Below are positions 53,551-59,244 of a DNA stretch of 59,244 nt, piece by piece. The notes under the pieces are model-generated. The model was not told the origin of the DNA. It did no database searches and worked only from the letters and a program-made list of their open reading frames with translations. Origin of the DNA: Planctomyces sp. (GTDB lineage: Bacteria > Planctomycetota > Planctomycetia > Planctomycetales > Planctomycetaceae); assembly GCA_043746695.1 (NCBI GenBank), contig JAYTQM010000830.1, positions 1 through 59,244 on the forward strand. Direction: 5' to 3'. The position numbers and the translations under genes were made by a program. Within the stretch, counting starts at the first letter, position 1, and each line of letters opens with the position of its first letter.

Positions 53551-56256
53551 TCACAGCCCGGCCAGCAAAGGGTCGAAGTCGAAAGAGTAAATTTCATTGA
53601 TCTCCGACGCAGACCCGATGATCGTGTCGCTCGGATCTTTTCCAATACCGTTTCCGCCACCGGCCAGCTTGTCGGTTCCAGAATCGCCGGAAACAAAATC
53701 AACGCCCGCTTCGCCAAGCACTTTGTCGTTGCCGCTGCCGCCGTTAAGAGAATCATCGCCATCGCTGCCGAGGATCGTGTCGTTTCCGGAGCCGCCACTG
53801 ATTGTGTCGTTATCTGCCCCGCCGCGAATTGCGTCATTGCCTAATCCGCCTGAGAGACTGTCATCTCCTTCCTCGCCGTCGATGACGTCGTTTCCTTGGC
53901 CGCCGTCGATTGCGTCATTGCCGTCGCCGCCCTGCAGAATGTCGTTGCTCATTCCACCAAGCAGCGTGTCATCGCCGTTGGCTCCATTGAGGAAGACCGG
54001 AATTGGCGAACTGGTCGCGTCGATGAAGTTGTTGGAGTCGCCGCCCACGACTTGCACTTGCTCGAATTCCGAAATCGTCTTGCTTTCGAGCAGGATCGCA
54101 CTTTGCTCGATGATGACCACGTTGAAGTTCTGCTGCTTGACGAACACCAAGACCGAATCGGTCTCCTCGTAAAACAGGTCTTGGCCCGCACCGCCATTGA
54201 CCTTGTCGGCTCCTTGGCTACCGCTGATGGTGTCGTCTCCCTCTTGGCCATCCAGCGTGTCGTTCCCGTCGCCGCCCGTCATCTCATCATTGCCGAGACC
54301 ACCGAGTACTTGGTCGTTACCCGCTCCCCCTTCGAGTGTGTCGTTGCCGGAACCGCCCAAAACCGTGTCGTTCCCCTCGTCGCCGCTCACGAAGTCGTTG
54401 CCACCTGAGCCGTTCACGAGATCGTTGCCGGTGCCACCATCGACGAAATCATCTCCCAGCCCACCATCCAGGATGTCATTGCCTGACGCATCCGTGAGCG
54501 AGTCGTCGCCCAGTTCGCCGTAGATCTTGTCGTTATCAGCACCACCTTCGAGCGTGTCGTTTCCAGCCTGACCGGTGACGGTATCTTTGCCCGCACCGCC
54601 GTCGATTTCGTCGTTGTCGTTGCCCCCGACGAGGGAGTCGTTGCCATCTCCGCCCGACAGGCTGTCGTCACCATTCAGGCCATTCACAAGGTCGTTTCCA
54701 GCATCGCCACTGACAGTGTCGTCGCCATCATCGCCAGAGAGCGTGTCGTTCCCCGCTCCACCGGTGATGAGGTCCTCGTCACCACCGCCGACGATCGAAT
54801 CATTTCCGTCCTCGCCGTCGATGGTGTCATTGTCGATACCGCCGCTGATGACGTCGTTGCCGCTGCCGCCGAGAATTGAATCCGCACCCTCATCGCCGGT
54901 GATGCCATCCAGACCAGCTCCGCCATTGATCTCGTCGTCACCATCGCGGCCACGCAGCGAATCGTTGCCGTCTCCGCCGTTGAGGATGTCGTTTCCACTG
55001 CCGGCATCCAGGCTGTCGTTCCCGGTGTTTCCTTCGAGCGAGTCGTCCCCAACTCCGCCGAGCAGCGTGTCATTTCCGCTGCTGCCATCCAAGGTGTCAT
55101 CTCCGAATGCACCGTCGAGCAAGTCATCTCCGGAGCCGCCGGTGATGACGTCATTACCGGTTCCCCCTTCATCAGAGTTTTTGGCTCCGCCTCTAATCGA
55201 TCCGATGGCCGCTTCGATCGCTTTGCTTTCCACCGCGATATTGAGTGGATTGAAATTTTGCAGGCCCGCGACGGCGTCGTTGACTCCGCCACCTTCGAGC
55301 GTGTCGTTTTTCCCGCCACCTTCCAGCGTGTCAGACCCATCACCGCCGATCACCAAATCTTTGCCACCGCCACCAAACAGGACGTCGTCACCTAAACCTC
55401 CGACGAGAGTCACTGACATGGATGCCGCAGAAGCGTCGATCGAATTGCCGTCGTCGCCGCCAATCAGCAGCACTCGCTCGATGCCTGTGAAGCTTTCGAC
55501 ATCTTCTGGCAACGTCCCTAATCCCGTAAGGGTGGAATTCGTCAGCTTGATCGAGCTGACGTTGCTCTGTTGGACGAACAGGTCAACTCCGCCACAGCCC
55601 CCTTCGATGCGGTCTGTCCCGGCCCCCGCTTGAAGTGTGTCGTTGCCGTTCTGGCCATCCACGACGTCGTTGTCGTCGCCACCATCCAAGAAGTCCGCTC
55701 CGTCGCCGCCTCGCAAAGTGTCATTGCCCAAGCCGCCGAAAATCGTGTCGTCACCGGCGCGGCCGTGGAGCACATCGTTTCCATCTTCGCCGCCAAAGAA
55801 ATCGCCGCTCTTGCCCCCCAGAACCGTGTCGTTGCCGGCACCGCCAAACACCGTTGTTGCCTGTGGGAAGTCCGGCAGGTCCAAGCGGTCGTCTCCGTCA
55901 CCCAAGTTCGCAATCAGACCACGACTTACCAACGCGCCGGAGACGCGAACCTGATCTGTGAAAGTGACTTTGTCAGTCGTCAACTCGTCCGTCTTCGCAG
56001 TGACGAGGAACTCGTTGTTTTTCTTGTTGTATTGCACGGTGATATTGCTGGATGTTCCGGCAATGTCGTCGAGCAAAAGATGCCCTTTGTTATCGACATG
56101 GACGAAGACGTCTGCGGTTAGCAGCCGCCGCGATTCCAGTTGCTCAGCGTGCGGAATTCGCAGCGTCATGCGGCCGGTTGGACGCAGCATCTCTTTGACG
56201 AAACGGGAGGAACGCAATTTGGACTGAACCGACCGGAGCCACGACGAGAAGAACAT
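53551..56256 (-). CDS. RTX-type calcium-binding repeat protein (hemolysin-type GGxGxD nonapeptides)
   Basis: Dozens of GG.GNDxLxG repeats are interrupted by three related ~60-aa modules. The N-terminus carries a signal-like segment and LESRRLL. Start ATG at 56256. Confidence 0.85.
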   Translation of the reverse strand: MFFSSWLRSVQSKLRSSRFVKEMLRPTGRMTLRIPHAEQLESRRLLTADVFVHVDNKGHLLLDDIAGTSSNITVQYNKKNNEFLVTAKTDELTTDKVTFTDQVRVSGALVSRGLIANLGDGDDRLDLPDFPQATTVFGGAGNDTVLGGKSGDFFGGEDGNDVLHGRAGDDTIFGGLGNDTLRGGDGADFLDGGDDNDVVDGQNGNDTLQAGAGTDRIEGGCGGVDLFVQQSNVSSIKLTNSTLTGLGTLPEDVESFTGIERVLLIGGDDGNSIDASAASMSVTLVGGLGDDVLFGGGGKDLVIGGDGSDTLEGGGKNDTLEGGGVNDAVAGLQNFNPLNIAVESKAIEAAIGSIRGGAKNSDEGGTGNDVITGGSGDDLLDGAFGDDTLDGSSGNDTLLGGVGDDSLEGNTGNDSLDAGSGNDILNGGDGNDSLRGRDGDDEINGGAGLDGITGDEGADSILGGSGNDVISGGIDNDTIDGEDGNDSIVGGGDEDLITGGAGNDTLSGDDGDDTVSGDAGNDLVNGLNGDDSLSGGDGNDSLVGGNDNDEIDGGAGKDTVTGQAGNDTLEGGADNDKIYGELGDDSLTDASGNDILDGGLGDDFVDGGTGNDLVNGSGGNDFVSGDEGNDTVLGGSGNDTLEGGAGNDQVLGGLGNDEMTGGDGNDTLDGQEGDDTISGSQGADKVNGGAGQDLFYEETDSVLVFVKQQNFNVVIIEQSAILLESKTISEFEQVQVVGGDSNNFIDATSSPIPVFLNGANGDDTLLGGMSNDILQGGDGNDAIDGGQGNDVIDGEEGDDSLSGGLGNDAIRGGADNDTISGGSGNDTILGSDGDDSLNGGSGNDKVLGEAGVDFVSGDSGTDKLAGGGNGIGKDPSDTIIGSASEINEIYSFDFDPLLAGL

Positions 56257-56590
56257 GCTGAGCGTCTCCCAAACGACACAACTGGCGAAGCAAGCTGGAG
56301 CGGCACGGTGAGCACACTCCGCATTCCAGATCGGTTCGCCACGGCGCTTCACCGCACCATCGGTAGAAAGGTTCTAACCGTCTCGCGAATGAGCGGATGG
56401 TTGTCGCGGGCGTATGGATTTTGCTGCCATTGGCGCGGGCATCGGCAAGAAAGTATCTCTTTGACACTCAGGGCTGAGTTCGTGTCGGCCGGGGTGTATT
56501 CGGATTGGCTCAACCGTCGCTGTTCCCTTTTCTTGCCCCACTTCTCTTGCCAGATTTGAGGTCAAACACAGGTTTCAAATGCTGCGCACA

Positions 56591-56614
56591 CACAGCTTGC
56601 TATCACAAGCTGTG
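56591..56614. promoter_or_regulatory. Perfect 9-bp inverted repeat in the divergent promoter region
   Basis: CACAGCTTG, spacer CTATCA, CAAGCTGTG. Lies between the RTX gene start (56256) and the hydrolase start (56832). Confidence 0.25.
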
Positions 56615-56831
56615 CCACCCGTGAAAAAGTTCTCACCTCCAAGACGCGAAGAACTCGAAGGAAGGCAAAGAGCAGGAGTTGATGACCATTCGCGGAATGT
56701 CGGTGAGAGCAATGATCACTTGGAGTTCCTTTGCGAATTCCAGAAACGATGATGGTTCGATTCAATGCTGCCTGACAAGAGAGATGTCGCGATTGCGATT
56801 TCACCAAACTCCACATTGATGAGGTGCCTTG

Positions 56832-59244
56832 ATGACGTTCTGCCGACATTGGTTGTGCTTGTGGGGATTATGTCTGAGCGGTTCGCTTCAGGCCGATGAT
56901 CGGTCGCTCGCTTTGGCCCGCGAATTTCAGCCTGATCCTGTCGCCGTGCAGCGGTTTGAAAAGGCTTGGAAATATCCGCAGGCGGGTTGGCTCGTGTTGC
57001 ACATTGAAGGCTCGCCGTATCAGCGCGGTGTGCAACATGGACATCTTCTGGCACGCGAGATTGTGGACTACATCAAGACCATTGCGCGAGTCCGTAGCCA
57101 CAAAGATCCGGAGGCCGCGTGGAAGTCGCTGCGTCTGCTGACCGACGCCACGTTCCTCCGGAGATATGACGTCGAATGCTTGGAAGAGATGAAAGGGATC
57201 GCTGATGGTGCGGCGGCAGCGGGCGCGAAGTTTGATGGGCGACGGCTCGATCTGCTGGATATCGTCGCACTGAACTCAGAAGTCGAAGCTGGGTTCTTGG
57301 AGTCCGCGCTGCAAGCGACTCCGACTGGGATTGATGAACTCAAATTCGATCGACAGCAAGCCTCTCCGCCAGTTGTCAAAAAGCGAGAGATGTGTTCGGC
57401 ATTTGTGGCGACGACTCCCGCGACCGACAAATCGACCGGCGGTGTGATGTTGGGGCATATCACGATGTCGGACCTCAGTTGGGTGCAGCACTTCAATGTG
57501 TGGCTCGATATCACGCCATCGAAAGGACATCGCTTCGTCTGCCAGACGTTTCCCGGCGGCATTCAAAGCGGACTCGATTACTACATTTCCGCGAGTGGCT
57601 TGATCGTTGCGGAGACGACGATCGACCAGACGTTCTTCGACGTGACCGGTGAAACAGAATCGTCACGCATTCGGCGAGCAGTGCAGTACTCGAACACGAT
57701 CGACGAGTTCGTCGCAATCTTGAGTGCCAAGAACAATGGCCTTTACGCCAACGAATGGCTGATTGCCGACACGAAGACCAATGAGATCGCGATGTTTGAA
57801 CTGGGAACAAAGTACACGAAGTTGTGGCGCAGCAGTCGCAATGAATGGCCCGGTGGTACGAAAGGTTTTTACTGGAGCTGCAACAACCCGAAAGATCGTG
57901 ACGTCCTTTCTGACACTGTTGCCGCTGCGCGCGGGAAGCCGGGGAACCTCACATTGCATCCAGCACGCCGCGATGTTGCGTGGCTGAAAATCTTTGACAA
58001 GCATCATCAACAAGGTGGACTGACCGAGGCATTCGGCTTCGAGGCCTTTCAAACTCCGCCGATCGCCGCGTACCCGTCTTGCGACGCAAAGTTCACAACA
58101 TCGGCATTGGCGAAAGACCTTTCGTCTTGGGCACTCTTCGGTCCACCGCTTGGAAGGGCTTGGACGCCGTCTACAGAAGAACTCGTCGCTGATCCCGATG
58201 TGAAGCCATTGATCGCCAACGCTTGGACGCTCATTCGGACGCTCGATCTTTCTAAGGTCGAGGCCGCCAAGAACGTTGCCGATCACGCGCCGTTTCCGAG
58301 CGACGACGAAACGAAAGAACCGACTTTGAAGTTTAAGCAGCGTCATCCGTTTGCTTGGCGAGGAACGTTGCGTGCCAAGAGTGATGCCGATCTTGGACTC
58401 ACCGCTGCATTTGCCGAGTACGAAAAAGTGATCGCACTCGAACAGGCATTCCGCGCTGACTCGAAGGACGACAAGCTCGATCGAGTGGCTCAGGAGACGG
58501 TCGAGGTGGCACTCTTTACTTATCAATCTAACTGGTGGGCCGCGAGGCAACGGCTTGGTCGCGACCTCTCGATTGCCGCGACGAAGCCAGATCAGCGCAA
58601 CTTAAACTGGTATCCGATCGCGCTCGGACAAAGTGTCTCAATGCTCGCTGAATTGCGACGAACGCTCGGTGCGGAAGAGTTCGATCGCCAGATGGACTCA
58701 TTCGGGTTGAAGCACGCTGATCACGAGGTTGATGTTGCTGAATTTCGTGCGCACTTTGAACAAAACAAGATGAGCGAATCGAAAGCCTCAACCGATGCGA
58801 AGTCAGTGTTTCACAAATGGCTCGATCGAGATGTTGTCGCGAAGGATCACGTTGGCGGTCACTGGTCGATTCATTCGTTCGAAATGGAGTTAGACAAGAC
58901 TTTGATTGTCTTCAGCGGTAGCACAAACGCCGTTGCCAATCGTGAAATCGCCGAGCGCCTACAACGAGCGGTTGCTCGCCGATTTGGGAACACTTATGTG
59001 ACGCTGAAGTCAGATCGCGAAGTGACCGAAGCAGATCTCAAGAATCATCATCTGCTGGTGATCGGCGAACCGACAGGCAATTCGCTGTTGTTGAAAGCGG
59101 CGGCAAAGTCATCCGTGAAATTCGGAACGCAAGCATTCGTTGTGCGAAGCGAAACGTTCGCCGATCACAATAGCGGAGTGATCGCGGCCAGTGAGAATCC
59201 GTGGAACGACCGCTTCAGCGTTGTGATTTTCGCAGGTCTCAGTT
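56832..59244 (+). CDS. C45 peptidase / phospholipase B-like Ntn-hydrolase family protein, 3' partial at window edge
   Basis: Not in the ORF track because no stop is reached. Translating from the ATG at 56832 gives a signal peptide (MTFCRHWLCLWGLCLSGSLQA), EMCSAFVA (a candidate autoprocessing Cys nucleophile) and FPGGIQSGLDYYISASGLIVAETTI. The frame is open to nt 59244. Confidence 0.75.
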   Translation, partial: MTFCRHWLCLWGLCLSGSLQADDRSLALAREFQPDPVAVQRFEKAWKYPQAGWLVLHIEGSPYQRGVQHGHLLAREIVDYIKTIARVRSHKDPEAAWKSLRLLTDATFLRRYDVECLEEMKGIADGAAAAGAKFDGRRLDLLDIVALNSEVEAGFLESALQATPTGIDELKFDRQQASPPVVKKREMCSAFVATTPATDKSTGGVMLGHITMSDLSWVQHFNVWLDITPSKGHRFVCQTFPGGIQSGLDYYISASGLIVAETTIDQTFFDVTGETESSRIRRAVQYSNTIDEFVAILSAKNNGLYANEWLIADTKTNEIAMFELGTKYTKLWRSSRNEWPGGTKGFYWSCNNPKDRDVLSDTVAAARGKPGNLTLHPARRDVAWLKIFDKHHQQGGLTEAFGFEAFQTPPIAAYPSCDAKFTTSALAKDLSSWALFGPPLGRAWTPSTEELVADPDVKPLIANAWTLIRTLDLSKVEAAKNVADHAPFPSDDETKEPTLKFKQRHPFAWRGTLRAKSDADLGLTAAFAEYEKVIALEQAFRADSKDDKLDRVAQETVEVALFTYQSNWWAARQRLGRDLSIAATKPDQRNLNWYPIALGQSVSMLAELRRTLGAEEFDRQMDSFGLKHADHEVDVAEFRAHFEQNKMSESKASTDAKSVFHKWLDRDVVAKDHVGGHWSIHSFEMELDKTLIVFSGSTNAVANREIAERLQRAVARRFGNTYVTLKSDREVTEADLKNHHLLVIGEPTGNSLLLKAAAKSSVKFGTQAFVVRSETFADHNSGVIAASENPWNDRFSVVIFAGLS

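Noticed and set aside
54575-55633. 352-aa Ser/Pro-rich ORF and several other 100-220-aa ORFs across 53.6-56.2 kb.
   Set aside because: All are alternative-frame or antisense readings of the GGxGxD repeat DNA of the RTX gene. The periodic low complexity simply mirrors the nonapeptide repeats.
1-59244. Scanned for CRISPR arrays, tRNA/rRNA/tmRNA genes, integrases, transposases (including a RAYT for the REP families) and known defence genes.
   Set aside because: No regularly spaced direct repeats with unique spacers were found, and no GGTTCGAATCC-type T-arms in the spacers. No ORF has HUH/Y1, DDE or tyrosine-recombinase motifs. The only nuclease-like gene is a common Uma2 family member. ORF 2462-2950 has the right size for a RAYT but lacks an HUH motif.

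Overview
This 59.2-kb chromosomal window looks planctomycetal, probably Pirellulales-like. That is an inference from a PVC-type heme-binding CxxCH protein, DUF1800, DUF4159, a GldG/DUF4340 ABC system, an N-terminal 'LESRRLL' motif on an RTX-like giant protein, and roughly 55-60% GC. I call about 40 protein genes, mostly housekeeping or conserved-unknown:
- nusA-infB-rbfA, yebC-ruvB, hslVU, tsaB, and thiE fused to a Clp_N-like domain
- a DEAD-box helicase and an ABC ATPase / GldF-GldG fusion / DUF4340 operon
- an MMPL transporter, a B12-binding radical SAM (DUF4080), a CE15-like esterase, a BKACE enzyme, an SDR, two DMT transporters and several TPR proteins
- a ~900-aa RTX-type Ca-binding repeat protein and a C45/phospholipase-B-like Ntn hydrolase (3' partial)

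I saw no rRNA, tRNA, CRISPR array, prophage, transposase or recognisable defence gene, and no clear novel multi-gene system.

The gene list does not explain the intergenic DNA. Many of the larger spacers are occupied by structured palindromic repeats:
- four GTAG-bearing REP/REPIN-like families (7 full + 1 half, 3, 2 and 1 copies)
- a CTAG-type 23-28-bp hairpin family (1 intact, 2 disrupted copies)
- a 232-bp MITE-like palindrome inserted into one of those hairpins with a 9-bp target duplication
- several nested or compound clusters

One more structure stands out. A 639-bp duplication of the 3' end of the heme-binding gene has copies that differ almost only at synonymous sites. The two copies flank a low-GC orphan cassette and a 5'-truncated DUF4159 gene.

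All protein family names come from recognising motifs by eye, not from database searches. Start codons are my best choice among in-frame candidates.
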